From positions 34,643 to 98,642 of IMG/VR virus record IMGVR_UViG_3300048587_000705: DNA of 64,000 nt. One strand, given 5' to 3'. The stretch comes from a virus. Under the pieces are notes generated by a model. The model was given only the letters and a program-made list of their open reading frames with translations, did not search any database and was not told the origin of the DNA. Below, piece after piece: positions 10,708 to 21,883 of this stretch; positions within the stretch are counted from its first letter, which is position 1; every line of letters starts with the position of its first letter. The position numbers were made by a program, and so were the translations under genes.

Positions 10708-13700
10708 CTAATTACAGTTGTTTACTTTTGGTTTATTATCTTTTACCTGTTGTGCCACCGTTTGGTTCTTTATCCCTGCCTTTAGGCTACCAAGTTCTTT
10801 TTCAAGTTGTTCATGGCGGGCTATCTGTTCCCTTATCTTACCTATCTTTGACTGTCCTATGTTGTCGCGCACCTTTTTGGGCATTATCTTTATAACCTCT
10901 TTCAGCATATTTACGTTGGACATCGTTTCAAGTGCGTTGTTCGGCTCTTTTTGTACGTCAGTGCCGTCCATTGCGTCCACGAACCTTCCTTCGGTCATGT
11001 CCTGATATGCGGGATTGGTCAACCAATCTTGGTATATATCCTGCATATCCTGTGACAAGCTCTTTTCAAGGTTGAGTTTCTCCGTTTCGCTGCCCTCAAA
11101 AAGTCCTTTCAGTATATCAAGCTCCCCTACTTGTTCCACGTTTTCAAGGTCAAGTATCATTTTCCCTGTGTTGAACGGTCTGTTGGATATGTCTATGGCT
11201 ATTTCCGCCTGTTGTTGGAGCAAAGATACGTTAAATTTTTCATTTATCCAAGTTTCTATATCGGCAAATTCATTTATTTTTTCAAATCGGTCAAATAATC
11301 TTGTAAGGGTATCTATATTTCCGTCCGATGTAAGCGCCTGTGAGGGGTCGAAAATGTATTCCGAGGGCGACACACCGTTCTGTACCAAAAACTCGTTCAG
11401 ATGCTTTATCTGCTGTGAAACGGGTACGTTCAGGTTCCCTATCTCCACTATCCTGCGGGTAAGGTCAACCTCTGTTTTTATCAATGACACGGGAAAAGCT
11501 ATGTTCCTGCCGTTATAGTCGAACACTATAATAGGTGTCTTTTCGCTGAACTTCTGTACGAACATCTTTTCCGCCTCTATTTTTTTGTTCAGTTTCAGTT
11601 CACCATTCTTTACATACCCCACTGCGACCACTTTTTTCATCATCTCGGGGGTGAATTTCTGTGTCGTGGGCACAAGGGAATTATTTTCTCCCTCTTTCAC
11701 CTTATAATTCGGGCTCCCTATCAATACTTTTTCAATAGGTATGGAAACGTTCATATCGAACCTTCCGCTCTTGCCGTCCATTACGTTCCTTGTGGCGCGC
11801 TCCCTAAGTGCCAAAAGTGTCTGTGTTGCCTCGGAGTTTGCGTTGAAGCTCTGTTGGAACGCCTTGAAACTGCCAAGTATTTCCCCGTTCTCTGTGGTGA
11901 CGAATATATGTAGGTTTTCCTTTAGCTGTTTTTCTGCCTCTCTTAGTTTTTCCTCTTTGTTCTTTGCGCGGGATTTCTTTGCCCTTTGATAGTTGTCTAT
12001 GAGTTTTTTGTTATAATTGTCATTGGTATCCACCTGTAAACTTATCTTGTCACCGGGCTTTTGCCTGTCTACAAGTTCTTTGTTAAGTTGGTTCTCCCCA
12101 TATCCAAAATCGCCCTGTAGGGGAATATACTCGTCCCCCACTTTTTCATAGATGTCAAAGGATGATTTGTCGCCGTAGTCCACTATCTTTATCCTGTCGG
12201 TGGACTCCAACAGAGTGTTCATCTGTTCCTTGCCTACGGTTATCCTCGCCGACTGTCCTATGGTGAACTCTACACTCTCTCCCGTTGGTAGTTGCAGTAC
12301 AAATTTTCTGCCCTGTTCCTTTATGTTGTTCGTGTCAATAGGTACAAGCTCTCCTTTTGCGTTCTTTTCGGACAATATACTGCCCTCAAAATACTGTGGC
12401 AGTGACGTTATGTCCAAATGTGATATCTGGTAGGTGCTCTGCAAACTTTTCACCTTTACGTTGTCGGGCGTCTGTACGGGTCTTGCCGTATCATAGGTGG
12501 ACATTTCCACATCGGGCGCCGATTGTACGGTCAAATAATCTTGTTGGGTCAGTTCAGTCTTTGTATCCTGTTTGTCAAGTTGTGTCTGGTACTGCTCTAT
12601 AAGCTGTAATAGGTCTACAATGGAATTGCCCTCTACCGTTACGCCGTCCAGTACATTCCAGTTGCCGAGTTTTCTGTTCAGCTTGGTAAAATCCTCTATT
12701 TCCTGTTCGTTGAAACCCTCTGCCTTTAACTGCTCGGGGTCTGTGGTTGGTTGCGACATTCTTTGTATGTATCCCGTGTACTTGTCGATGTCTTTCTGCG
12801 ACGGTTTTGATTTCAACAGCTCATCAAATTCCTCCCCCTTATATTCCTTCGTATAGGAGTTGCCCTGTATCATCTGTTTTATCTGTTGGATGATTTTTTG
12901 AATAGGGTCGGTCTGTTCTGTCTGTTCTTTGTTTATGGTATTATTTTCTAAAGCATTTATTTCAGCATCATATTTAGCGTTTATTTCATCACTAACAGAT
13001 TCTCCTGCTTTTAGTTTTGTTTTACCATCTATTTTATCTTGAATCCAATCTTTTACAAAAGAAGCATCTACTTGTTTTCTTCTTATATTATTATCTATAA
13101 GTTTTATATATATATCTTCTGCTGATAAACCTTGTTTAATCCATTTATTAATTAAAGCTTCTACTCTTTTATATTCTGATTCTGTTAAATCAATGTTGTC
13201 TCCATTAGGATTATTTTTAACAAATTTATTTTTAAAAGGAGACTCTTTCTCTAACTCTTCTTGTCTTCTTTTATTTATTTTGTTTATTTTAGACTGATTA
13301 TCTGTTTTCGTTTGTATAGGTGGGGCTTCCATGGTCTCCTCGACAGGTTCTGTTTCTATAGGGGCTCCGTCTTCCTGTGTCTTTGTTACCTCGGCTATGT
13401 TGTCCTGCGTGTAGTTTTCGACAATGTTCTGGAAAAATGCAAGTTCTCCCTCTTCCAGAGATTTGTTCTTTGAAAAAAGTTTTTGTACGTAGCCATTTAT
13501 CTCGGTCATGCGCAGGGACGGATCCACCATTTTCTGTGCGAGGGTGTTGTAGGTCCTTGCATACTCTACCGCCCGTTCGTACTCCTTTAGCTTAGTCTTT
13601 ATCCGTGCATAGGCAGTTGGGTCGGTACTTGATAGGCTCTCTATGGAACCCACAAGTTCTTGAAGGTTTTTTTCCTGATTGTCAAGGTCATCCTGTGTAA

Positions 13701-16056
13701 TCATTTCCTCGGATACCCCGCGCAAGTTCAGTGCGTTGTAGGACGCCTGTTTTTGTGCCTGTGCCCTTTGTACCTCTTGTGCAAGTTCATTGAACTGTTC
13801 CACAAGACGTGCCCTTTCGCTTGCCTCTGTTTCGTTCTCTTGCCTTGTGCTGTTTATCTTGGCTATCCTGTCCTGAATCTTTTTGTACCTTTCTTCAAGA
13901 ACGGACAGTTGTTGTGATTTTTGCCTGTAATCTTTAATGGCGGTCTTGTTCACCTTTCTCAGGGCGTCCGATACATCAAGGGCATTTGCCGTTTCCCTGT
14001 TGCTCAGTATGTTGAGCGACTGTTCCTTTATGTCGTTTATGGTAGCGGTTGCAAGGTTGTCCGCGTTCTTTCCTATCGTAAGATTGTTCGCCACTGCCCT
14101 CACCACCACGTCACGGGCAATTCCCGCATTCCTGAACTCCGCAAATTCCCGTGTACCAAAGGCAGCCTCGGCAAACTCTCGGTTTTTTACGTACTCGTCG
14201 GCAAGCTGCTTGTACTCATTTACCTTTTCCTCTATAAACTGTTTTGTGCCGTCCTCGTCAAGTCCAAGTTCCTCTTGCAGTTCCTGAGCCCTTGTATAAA
14301 GGTATGCGCGGTAATCCTTTGCTCCCTGTTCCACCCCCTCAAAGGCATAGTCACGTTCTATCTTTGCCGTGGTAGCCATATCGTTACCTATCTTTCCACC
14401 AACAATATCACCGTTTTTCAGCGCCTGTTCCGACATCTCGTTTGCCGATTTTGCCTTGTTGGTATAGATAATATTGTTAAAAAGGTTCTTTGCGGTAAAG
14501 GTGTTCCTGTAATCTACAAGGTCGTCCACCGCTTTTCTTTGGTCCGATGTCTGTGAAAAGTTGCCTGATATACCACCACCTATAAGACCTATTATGGCAC
14601 CTATAAATACCTCTTTTCCACCTTCTTTTGTGCCGTAGGTCTCTTTGAACCCTTCCCACATGCTCTCCGCTATACCGAGACTGTCCTTTGTATTGTCCAT
14701 ATCGTACCCAGACAGGGTGTATGCTTTTGCTGCCTTTGCAATGGTTCCTTGCCCACCTTCTTCGTAAAACCCTTCCAAGAACACGGGTCTGAGCACATCG
14801 TAAAACTTTGACCCTACTTTTTGTCTTGCAGTCTGCTCTATTGCCTTTATTGTCCCGTCCGCTCCGACTTTTTCGTACCCTACACCGAGTACGTTCTTTT
14901 TGAACCAATTGTTGGTAAAGGTGCCCGTATTCTTTGAGCCCAGTAACATTTTGCCATAAATTGCCAAATTGGAACTTCCTACCAAGGCTATGTTGGTGGC
15001 GAACACTGCGTTTGCGGAATTTACAAGTCCTTTTCTGAAATTGTCGAGTTCTTGTACCGACGGCTTCTTGCCGTATTTTGCCATGTAGTCGCTTATGTAC
15101 TGTTCCTCGGTTTCCTTCATATAATGGCGTGCCTCGACACCCCCCTCGTATGCCGCAGAGGTATATATAAGCCTTGTGTTGTTCAAGAACTCCGTTGCCT
15201 TTGCGCCTTTTATGGTTGCGTTACGGGCTACGTCAAAAGCCTTTTTTTCCGCCACGTCGTTCAGTAGTGCCTTTCCTATATTTTTTGATTTTGACAGCGC
15301 TCCCATGGCACGTTCCGCCCCGAGCGCTTTTGTGCTCCATCTCGTTGCCTGTCCAAGTGCTCCTTTTGCGAACAAAGATGTTCCTCCCGTTGCGTATGCC
15401 CATACGCCCTCGCTCACTATCATACCGAGGGTAAAGGAAAGTCCTCCCATCACATCGTTCGCCCAAAAATTGGCGGTAAAAGACTGTCCCAAAAGGCTTT
15501 TGTTCTTTTCCTGCTCCGTGTAGTAGTTTGGCAGGTTGTAGTCCATTTTTGTATTGAGGTCATCGAGCCAATCATTAAAGCTGTTATCGTACACCGCGCT
15601 TAAAGACCCTTTGGATATTCCCTCTATGGCGCCAATTACGCTGCCCACGGTTCCACCTACTGCGGATGTTGCAATCTTGCCCCCAAGTTTCTGTATGCCG
15701 TTCCACCATTTACTGCCCGTTGACTGCCCCTGTGCAAGACGCTCGTCGTTGTTGGTGCCGGGGATGTAGTTCTCGTACTTTGCTATCCAATTACCGCTGT
15801 TAAGTTTTACATAGGCGTCTTCCAGCCTCGTGTCGTAGTTCTCGAACTTTGCCCTCTTGTCACCGCCCAATATCTGGCTGTTGAAACTGTCCTGTTGTGT
15901 CTTTATAGTCGAATAGCTCTGTGGGGTAAGTTCCGCGCTCTTTTTTATGTCCACCGACATTTTTTCTATCGGGGGCATTGTCGGTGCAACGGGGGTTATT
16001 GTCTCCGTAAAATCGGGAAGGTATATGTTTGTATTATTTGGAATTAAGTCGTCCAT
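10708..16056 (-). CDS. Large virion cargo/ejection protein with putative membrane-spanning segments
   Basis: 1782 aa. Gly/Ala-rich hydrophobic helices (e.g. VFIGAIIGLIGGGISG) followed by coiled coil; lies in the cargo cluster. Confidence 0.7.
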   Translation of the reverse strand: MDDLIPNNTNIYLPDFTETITPVAPTMPPIEKMSVDIKKSAELTPQSYSTIKTQQDSFNSQILGGDKRAKFENYDTRLEDAYVKLNSGNWIAKYENYIPGTNNDERLAQGQSTGSKWWNGIQKLGGKIATSAVGGTVGSVIGAIEGISKGSLSAVYDNSFNDWLDDLNTKMDYNLPNYYTEQEKNKSLLGQSFTANFWANDVMGGLSFTLGMIVSEGVWAYATGGTSLFAKGALGQATRWSTKALGAERAMGALSKSKNIGKALLNDVAEKKAFDVARNATIKGAKATEFLNNTRLIYTSAAYEGGVEARHYMKETEEQYISDYMAKYGKKPSVQELDNFRKGLVNSANAVFATNIALVGSSNLAIYGKMLLGSKNTGTFTNNWFKKNVLGVGYEKVGADGTIKAIEQTARQKVGSKFYDVLRPVFLEGFYEEGGQGTIAKAAKAYTLSGYDMDNTKDSLGIAESMWEGFKETYGTKEGGKEVFIGAIIGLIGGGISGNFSQTSDQRKAVDDLVDYRNTFTAKNLFNNIIYTNKAKSANEMSEQALKNGDIVGGKIGNDMATTAKIERDYAFEGVEQGAKDYRAYLYTRAQELQEELGLDEDGTKQFIEEKVNEYKQLADEYVKNREFAEAAFGTREFAEFRNAGIARDVVVRAVANNLTIGKNADNLATATINDIKEQSLNILSNRETANALDVSDALRKVNKTAIKDYRQKSQQLSVLEERYKKIQDRIAKINSTRQENETEASERARLVEQFNELAQEVQRAQAQKQASYNALNLRGVSEEMITQDDLDNQEKNLQELVGSIESLSSTDPTAYARIKTKLKEYERAVEYARTYNTLAQKMVDPSLRMTEINGYVQKLFSKNKSLEEGELAFFQNIVENYTQDNIAEVTKTQEDGAPIETEPVEETMEAPPIQTKTDNQSKINKINKRRQEELEKESPFKNKFVKNNPNGDNIDLTESEYKRVEALINKWIKQGLSAEDIYIKLIDNNIRRKQVDASFVKDWIQDKIDGKTKLKAGESVSDEINAKYDAEINALENNTINKEQTEQTDPIQKIIQQIKQMIQGNSYTKEYKGEEFDELLKSKPSQKDIDKYTGYIQRMSQPTTDPEQLKAEGFNEQEIEDFTKLNRKLGNWNVLDGVTVEGNSIVDLLQLIEQYQTQLDKQDTKTELTQQDYLTVQSAPDVEMSTYDTARPVQTPDNVKVKSLQSTYQISHLDITSLPQYFEGSILSEKNAKGELVPIDTNNIKEQGRKFVLQLPTGESVEFTIGQSARITVGKEQMNTLLESTDRIKIVDYGDKSSFDIYEKVGDEYIPLQGDFGYGENQLNKELVDRQKPGDKISLQVDTNDNYNKKLIDNYQRAKKSRAKNKEEKLREAEKQLKENLHIFVTTENGEILGSFKAFQQSFNANSEATQTLLALRERATRNVMDGKSGRFDMNVSIPIEKVLIGSPNYKVKEGENNSLVPTTQKFTPEMMKKVVAVGYVKNGELKLNKKIEAEKMFVQKFSEKTPIIVFDYNGRNIAFPVSLIKTEVDLTRRIVEIGNLNVPVSQQIKHLNEFLVQNGVSPSEYIFDPSQALTSDGNIDTLTRLFDRFEKINEFADIETWINEKFNVSLLQQQAEIAIDISNRPFNTGKMILDLENVEQVGELDILKGLFEGSETEKLNLEKSLSQDMQDIYQDWLTNPAYQDMTEGRFVDAMDGTDVQKEPNNALETMSNVNMLKEVIKIMPKKVRDNIGQSKIGKIREQIARHEQLEKELGSLKAGIKNQTVAQQVKDNKPKVNNCN

Positions 16057-18904
16057 ATAATTTTTCGTAATTTTCTGTGTTTTGGTTCTGTACCTCTATG
16101 GCGATATTTCTAAGAGCAAGTGTAACGAGTATCTGTGGGTCGTAATCTATAATACTCTCTACCTGTTCCCTATCCGCGTCCGTTATCTGTGATATTCGCT
16201 GTCCGTCAAAGTATACGTCGACGTAGTTCCTACCGTTCTTGTTCTTTACCTCTGCCGAGAACCTATTGGCGTTGTCCATGGCGATTTTCATGACTTGTAC
16301 GAGTTGTGGGTTGTCCGTGGTCTGCTGTATCACTCCCAATGCCCCTTGTTTGGTGGCCGAGTAGAACATCGGCGTTCCCTGCCCATATCTTTGCGCAAGA
16401 TAGTCAAGGTTTTCCACATCGAACGGTTTATAGTTAAAATTCTCTACCTTTAACGGTGGTTGGTTCTCCACTACCAATTGGTTATTATTTTCCTCTAAAT
16501 CTATCAGTCTTACGACCTCTGGATAGTTTTGCAATACATTTTTTGGTATCACGGCGGATTTACCACCTTGTGTCACTATAAAATTATCGGTAGATCCGGG
16601 TTGTCTCATAAGTTGTACCCCCACACCGTTTTTAAGTGCCTTCAACATATCATCTTCATCCTGACCTTCCAATGGTATTCCTGCTGCAAGCGGTGCCCGC
16701 AACGATTCAAAAAGAAGCACTTTGTTCTTCTCTCCCGTGGACGGATTTATCGACATGGCATTGTACCCTTTTAATCTTATACCGTTCTGTGTGACCGCTT
16801 CCTTATATTGTTTTTCAAAATTTTCATAACTGAGCGCGCTCCTGAGCGTACTATCGTCCTGAACCGAGTTGTCCATAGAGAAGAGCTCTCCTATAACGGT
16901 CTTTTGTGTGTCCCAAGTGCCGTTGTCAAGTGCCGTCTTTAGTACTTTGTATGCCCTTGTATTGCTTGCTTTGGGGTTGAGTTTTATCCTGTACCTTTCC
17001 TTTAGGTCACCTACGTGTTCTTTTATAAACTCATCATCCACTTTTCTTGTGCTGTTGGGGTTTATCATAAGCCCCGGTGTGCCCGGAGTTACCTCATAGG
17101 ATACGTTCTCTACTTCTAAAAGGTCGGTGATATCCATTTTCTCCCCTGTCACCTTTAAAAGCCTTTCTATCTGCAACAAGAGGTTTTTGTCAATACTCCC
17201 TGCCTCTTTCCCTTTAAGGACGTGTCCTAAATTGTTTTGGGATGCAGCATATGTAGAACCGGTGTTGGCGGATAGTGCGGCGTTTGCCGTTAACTGTTCC
17301 TTAAATGCTTTTGATAATGTCTCGTCTTTTATAAAATTGTTATAGTCCTCTTTTGAATTTATTCCCAATGACCTTAGATATTGGTCGTAGCTCACCACCC
17401 GTCCGTTGGAGTCTGTTAGTGTGATATTTTTGTTGTTCTTCAAAGCATCATAAAAACCTTCCGACTCAAGTGCGTTGGTAAGTGTTGCCTCGTACACCTT
17501 TTGGTCATCCTCAAGGTAGTTTTTGTACTTTCTTGCAAGATTGTTTAGCGCCCCCTGTGCCTGTGGGTCAAGTACTCCTGCGTCCATCATCGCTCTTGTC
17601 CTTTTTTCCCTTTCGTCCAATCCTTGGTACTTTATGTCCGATGTAAGTGCATCCACTTTTTGCTTTTGCTCTTCTGTAAGGTTGTTGTACTGTTGTGTTG
17701 CCGTATTGTAGTATTGCTCTCCTAATTTTTTGCCCGCGGATTTTATCTCGTTATAGGTGTCCACTTTTTCCATAAGGTCACTTGCTATCGGGGCGGTGGT
17801 AACGGAAGGTATTGATTCCTGTCCTACAAGTTCTCTTTCTTTCAGGTCATTGGCTCTTCTTTTCTCGGCAAGCTCCAAGGATTTCCAGTATGCGTTGTCG
17901 GAGAGATATTTTTCAGATGCGCGTGCCTGCAATGTCTGTGACATGGTGGATACAAGGTTCTGCTCTTCAAGGTAACCTCCTATAAACCCAGCGTCGCCCT
18001 CTGATAACCTATTGTAGGTCTTTTGTGTTACCTCTCTCTGTGTTTCAAGGTTTTTTATCTGCTGTCTGTATTTTTCGGTCGTTGCGGTGTCTACGTTTGG
18101 ACTGTCTATCTGTGTCCGTAGGTTCGTTATCTCCGTCTCTATACTTGCAAGCTTTTTTTCATACTGTGGCTGTATACTGTTTACCGCAGCCTCTTTACTG
18201 CCACCGTACCTGTAATATCCGTTTACGTTGAGCTGGGCGCGCATCCTGTCGTCTATGAGTGTGGGAACAAGTGCCTCGAGTTCCGTTTGTGTGAGCCCGT
18301 CTATCTCCCTTTCTATTATGTTCCCCTGTCCGTCCCTTACCTGAACTACTTGCTTTCCACCTTTAATGGCGGTTATATCCTTTAATTTTTTGGTTATTTC
18401 CCCCGTTACGTCAACATGTGGGGTATAGCTTATATCGCCAAGGTCATCTGTATTTCCGTTGATGTAGTCAACGTACCCTGATTTCATAAGCGCAACTTGA
18501 TAGTTCACATCACTGTATTGGTCGGGTTTTGATTTTTTTATCTCCTGCACCTGTGATTGGAACGACTTTATCTTCTGGGTGTTCTGTATTTGTTTTAGTA
18601 CGTTCTCGTCAAGCGCCTTTGATATATGGCCCATGATACCAGATGTGACGTTGGTAGACGACAGGTCGGCGGTAGACAGTCCATTTATGTTGTTTACAAG
18701 CCTATTTAATCTTTCGTACAAATATTCCCTGTCCTCTGGCCTTGCGAGCTCTATATCCCCATAGGCGTTCAACGTCTCCTGTATCTTTGCGGCGTTCGCA
18801 TCGTACCTTCCCTGTTTATAGGACAGTGCTTGGAGGGCAAGTTCTTGGTTGAAGTTGCTCTGCGGTCTGCCGTAATTGTGAATTATTGAATGGTAATTGG
18901 CCAT
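16034..18904 (-). CDS. Virion cargo protein
   Basis: 956 aa, helical. N-terminus (...LSYKQGRYDANAAKIQ) resembles crAss-like internal proteins; gene order agrees. Confidence 0.65.
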   Translation of the reverse strand: MANYHSIIHNYGRPQSNFNQELALQALSYKQGRYDANAAKIQETLNAYGDIELARPEDREYLYERLNRLVNNINGLSTADLSSTNVTSGIMGHISKALDENVLKQIQNTQKIKSFQSQVQEIKKSKPDQYSDVNYQVALMKSGYVDYINGNTDDLGDISYTPHVDVTGEITKKLKDITAIKGGKQVVQVRDGQGNIIEREIDGLTQTELEALVPTLIDDRMRAQLNVNGYYRYGGSKEAAVNSIQPQYEKKLASIETEITNLRTQIDSPNVDTATTEKYRQQIKNLETQREVTQKTYNRLSEGDAGFIGGYLEEQNLVSTMSQTLQARASEKYLSDNAYWKSLELAEKRRANDLKERELVGQESIPSVTTAPIASDLMEKVDTYNEIKSAGKKLGEQYYNTATQQYNNLTEEQKQKVDALTSDIKYQGLDEREKRTRAMMDAGVLDPQAQGALNNLARKYKNYLEDDQKVYEATLTNALESEGFYDALKNNKNITLTDSNGRVVSYDQYLRSLGINSKEDYNNFIKDETLSKAFKEQLTANAALSANTGSTYAASQNNLGHVLKGKEAGSIDKNLLLQIERLLKVTGEKMDITDLLEVENVSYEVTPGTPGLMINPNSTRKVDDEFIKEHVGDLKERYRIKLNPKASNTRAYKVLKTALDNGTWDTQKTVIGELFSMDNSVQDDSTLRSALSYENFEKQYKEAVTQNGIRLKGYNAMSINPSTGEKNKVLLFESLRAPLAAGIPLEGQDEDDMLKALKNGVGVQLMRQPGSTDNFIVTQGGKSAVIPKNVLQNYPEVVRLIDLEENNNQLVVENQPPLKVENFNYKPFDVENLDYLAQRYGQGTPMFYSATKQGALGVIQQTTDNPQLVQVMKIAMDNANRFSAEVKNKNGRNYVDVYFDGQRISQITDADREQVESIIDYDPQILVTLALRNIAIEVQNQNTENYEKLYGRLNSK

Positions 18905-18907
18905 CTA

Positions 18908-21883
18908 TTATTTCTTTTTTGTGGTAGTAGTTGTCGGCACAGTGCCCCTTGAAATCGCAAGCTGTAGTTCCTGCGGGGTGAGTATTATATTACCGTTGCT
19001 ATCGACATTGTAGTTCTCAAACATTTGGTTGATGGTGTTCTGGTTGCGCACGTCGTTAAAATTCTGGGTCCTTACATTTCTAAGATAATCGTAGTATTGG
19101 TTGATGTTCTCGTCATATACCGCTTGTGTCCTGAATACCCTGTCCTCGTAGCTCAGTGCATTCTCCCCTCTCAACAAATCCTCTTTGTCCGCTATCTGCG
19201 CGTTATAGAGCTGTGTCTGGTTGTCAATCTGCGCGTTCTGTATGTTCGCCTGTGAGATGGCTTGATTATTGGCGTTCTGTGTCTGCCCGAGTATCTGTGC
19301 CATCATAGCCGCGCGTTGGTTCGGGGGCAAATCACCTATCAGGCTCTGTATTGCCTGTGCCTGTCTTTGGTTCTCGGCAAGCTGTTGCTCTGGGGATATG
19401 TTTACACTGTCCACCCTCTGCAATCTGTTCTCCACCTTTAACGGTGGTTGCATACTGCTCGGTGGCAATACCGATTGGTCGGGCAACAACGGTAGGTTCT
19501 GTAAAGGGTTCCCTGCCTGTTTTGTGCTGTCGGTGTTTGCTATTCCGTCAACAGGGGGGTCCATTACTGTCTTACTAAAATCGGGAAGTCCGTCCATTGG
19601 ATTTATTTCCTTGTACCCATACGGTAATCCCGTTCCGTTTATTGATATGTTAGGTTGTCTTGGTTGTAAGTCCAATGGCACTTCTTTCTCTTTTTGGTCG
19701 GCGGTTATCTTACTAAGGTCGGTAAAGAAGTAAGTATTTGCGTCCGCCATATCGAACCCTTCTTTTCTTACGTATATTTTTTTGCCGTCCGTATCCCTTA
19801 CCTCAAACGCTTGGTTAAAGTTGTCGGGGTATTTCTTGCGCAGTTTTTCAAGCTGCTCAATGGCTTTTGGGTCTGAGTACTTTATGGTTCCCCCACTTTG
19901 GTAGGATGCCCTGTTCTCAAAGGGTATGTAGTTGGGCACTATTTTTTGGTTTGGATTCAACTGTTTTATCCTGTCGACCATCTTTATATAGTCCACGTAG
20001 TTGTAGGGATTTTTTGGGGTGGGGTTTATGATGTAGTCCTCTCCGTTTCTCTGTACATCTATGTATCCCTCATCCTTGTACCATCCGTAGTTCAACGGGT
20101 CGGTGCTCTCTTGTACCGTTTGTTTTTTCGGCGCCTTTATAAAAAGGGAGTTTGCAGCCTCATCGGAAAAGGTTATTCCCGTTGCCTCGTTTACGCTGGC
20201 TATGTCCTCTGTGGTAAGAGGTCCTCCGTCCTGCATCTTTTTGCACATCTTTTTGTATTCTCCACCTTTTAAAAACTGTTCTATTATGCCCTGCGCCTCC
20301 TCGGGTGCCAGTCTGTTCTGTTGTGCAAGTTGTGCCACTAAGTTCGGATCCGCCAAAGGTTCACTTTTTTCTTTTGGTTTTGATTCTTCCTGTTTTTGAT
20401 AAACTTCCTTCATTGCCTCTATCCTTGCGGGCTCCAATTGCTCTTTTTCCTTTTCGAGGTCGTTTATCTTTTTTGAAAGAAATTCCCTGTTGATGTTCTT
20501 TGTATTGTCGTCCTCGGTGTTCTTTTCCTGTTTTTCAAGTTGTTTAAAGGCTTCCTCTTGCTCTTTTGTCACTTTTGTGATACCAACTTTGTCCTTTACT
20601 TTGTCTATGACCGTGGCATAGGTATCCTTTGCCTTTAGGGTTATACCGTACTTATCGCGGAAATATTTTGCGTTCTTTTTCCCTACCTTTAAATGGTCGG
20701 ATATTACTATTGAGCCTTCTTCTATCTGCTGTGCGGTAAGTTTTTCACCTCCTTGACTGTGCTTTTGCCCTACTACTTCTGATGCGGTTCCGTCGGGTTT
20801 AAGCACATGTTCTCCTTTTTCAAGTTCCACTACCGTTCCTTCTTCTTTCCCATCTGGTTGTCCTTGTAGGTATTCACCTGTCAATGATTGGGCTTGTGAC
20901 ATCTGCCCACCACTCTGCATAAACTGTTGTGGGGATAAAAGTGCCTGTGAAAGATTGAACTGACCACCGTCCTCTAATCCCGTTATGCTGTCGCGGGTCC
21001 TTTGGTCGTATTCATCCTGTAAAAATTTTTGTCTTTTTCCCGCACCTACTCCCGAAGCTATATCCCTTGTTAAAGAAAGAGCTATCTTTCCCGCGGCGAG
21101 TCCTCCCCTATAAGCGGGAGTACCACCACCTATCGCATTACCGAGCGTAAAGGCTGCGCTACTGGTATCATACGAGGAATAAGGATTGTACAGTTGGGAT
21201 TGGTTTGGGTTCTGTACATTGTGCTCTGGTATTGTAGTATTATTTTCAGAATTTTTTAGCCACTGCTCATAATCGTTGCTAAGGTTGGTGTCGTAATTAT
21301 CCGCAGCGTTATCTTTTGGAAGTGTTTTTGCCCAAGCTAAATCTTTCACCGACCTATCATATTGAGCCTGTAAATCAAGTTCTTGTGTATCAATAGGTTG
21401 GTTTATACCTAACTCTTCATCGGTAAGTGACACTATTCCCGGTTGTTGGTTTTGTGATGTAGGGGGAACTAATTGTCGCCCTTGTGACATAATATCAAGA
21501 GCCTGTTGGTTTTTTTGCACTTCTTCCTGCGTCATTACGCCCGTGGATGGTACACTAACAGGATTTCCGTTAGCATCGACTGAATATACACTACCATAAT
21601 TGGGTTGTGGAGAGAAATAGTTTGGTGTGGGTTGATATGGGTACTGCACACCACCGCCCATCTGCATATGTGGTATCTCCATTACGTAATCGGCACCCTC
21701 AAAATTGTACTCCCCACCACGTTTCATCAGAACGGCTTTTTGTGGTTGGCCATTTTTGTAGGGTACTGCGTATATGTATTCGTGGATTGTATCTTTCATG
21801 TCGATTTTATTTGACGGTATTATAACGGACGGTTCTTTGTTGTCGGGTGAATTGTGCCTGTATCCTTCTATTGAGGTCTTCAT
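18908..21883 (-). CDS. Virion cargo protein with repeated xxGG motifs
   Basis: 991 aa. ELEKGE...GQKHSQGG segment typical of crAss-like cargo proteins; Q-rich C-terminus. Confidence 0.65.
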   Translation of the reverse strand: MKTSIEGYRHNSPDNKEPSVIIPSNKIDMKDTIHEYIYAVPYKNGQPQKAVLMKRGGEYNFEGADYVMEIPHMQMGGGVQYPYQPTPNYFSPQPNYGSVYSVDANGNPVSVPSTGVMTQEEVQKNQQALDIMSQGRQLVPPTSQNQQPGIVSLTDEELGINQPIDTQELDLQAQYDRSVKDLAWAKTLPKDNAADNYDTNLSNDYEQWLKNSENNTTIPEHNVQNPNQSQLYNPYSSYDTSSAAFTLGNAIGGGTPAYRGGLAAGKIALSLTRDIASGVGAGKRQKFLQDEYDQRTRDSITGLEDGGQFNLSQALLSPQQFMQSGGQMSQAQSLTGEYLQGQPDGKEEGTVVELEKGEHVLKPDGTASEVVGQKHSQGGEKLTAQQIEEGSIVISDHLKVGKKNAKYFRDKYGITLKAKDTYATVIDKVKDKVGITKVTKEQEEAFKQLEKQEKNTEDDNTKNINREFLSKKINDLEKEKEQLEPARIEAMKEVYQKQEESKPKEKSEPLADPNLVAQLAQQNRLAPEEAQGIIEQFLKGGEYKKMCKKMQDGGPLTTEDIASVNEATGITFSDEAANSLFIKAPKKQTVQESTDPLNYGWYKDEGYIDVQRNGEDYIINPTPKNPYNYVDYIKMVDRIKQLNPNQKIVPNYIPFENRASYQSGGTIKYSDPKAIEQLEKLRKKYPDNFNQAFEVRDTDGKKIYVRKEGFDMADANTYFFTDLSKITADQKEKEVPLDLQPRQPNISINGTGLPYGYKEINPMDGLPDFSKTVMDPPVDGIANTDSTKQAGNPLQNLPLLPDQSVLPPSSMQPPLKVENRLQRVDSVNISPEQQLAENQRQAQAIQSLIGDLPPNQRAAMMAQILGQTQNANNQAISQANIQNAQIDNQTQLYNAQIADKEDLLRGENALSYEDRVFRTQAVYDENINQYYDYLRNVRTQNFNDVRNQNTINQMFENYNVDSNGNIILTPQELQLAISRGTVPTTTTTKKK

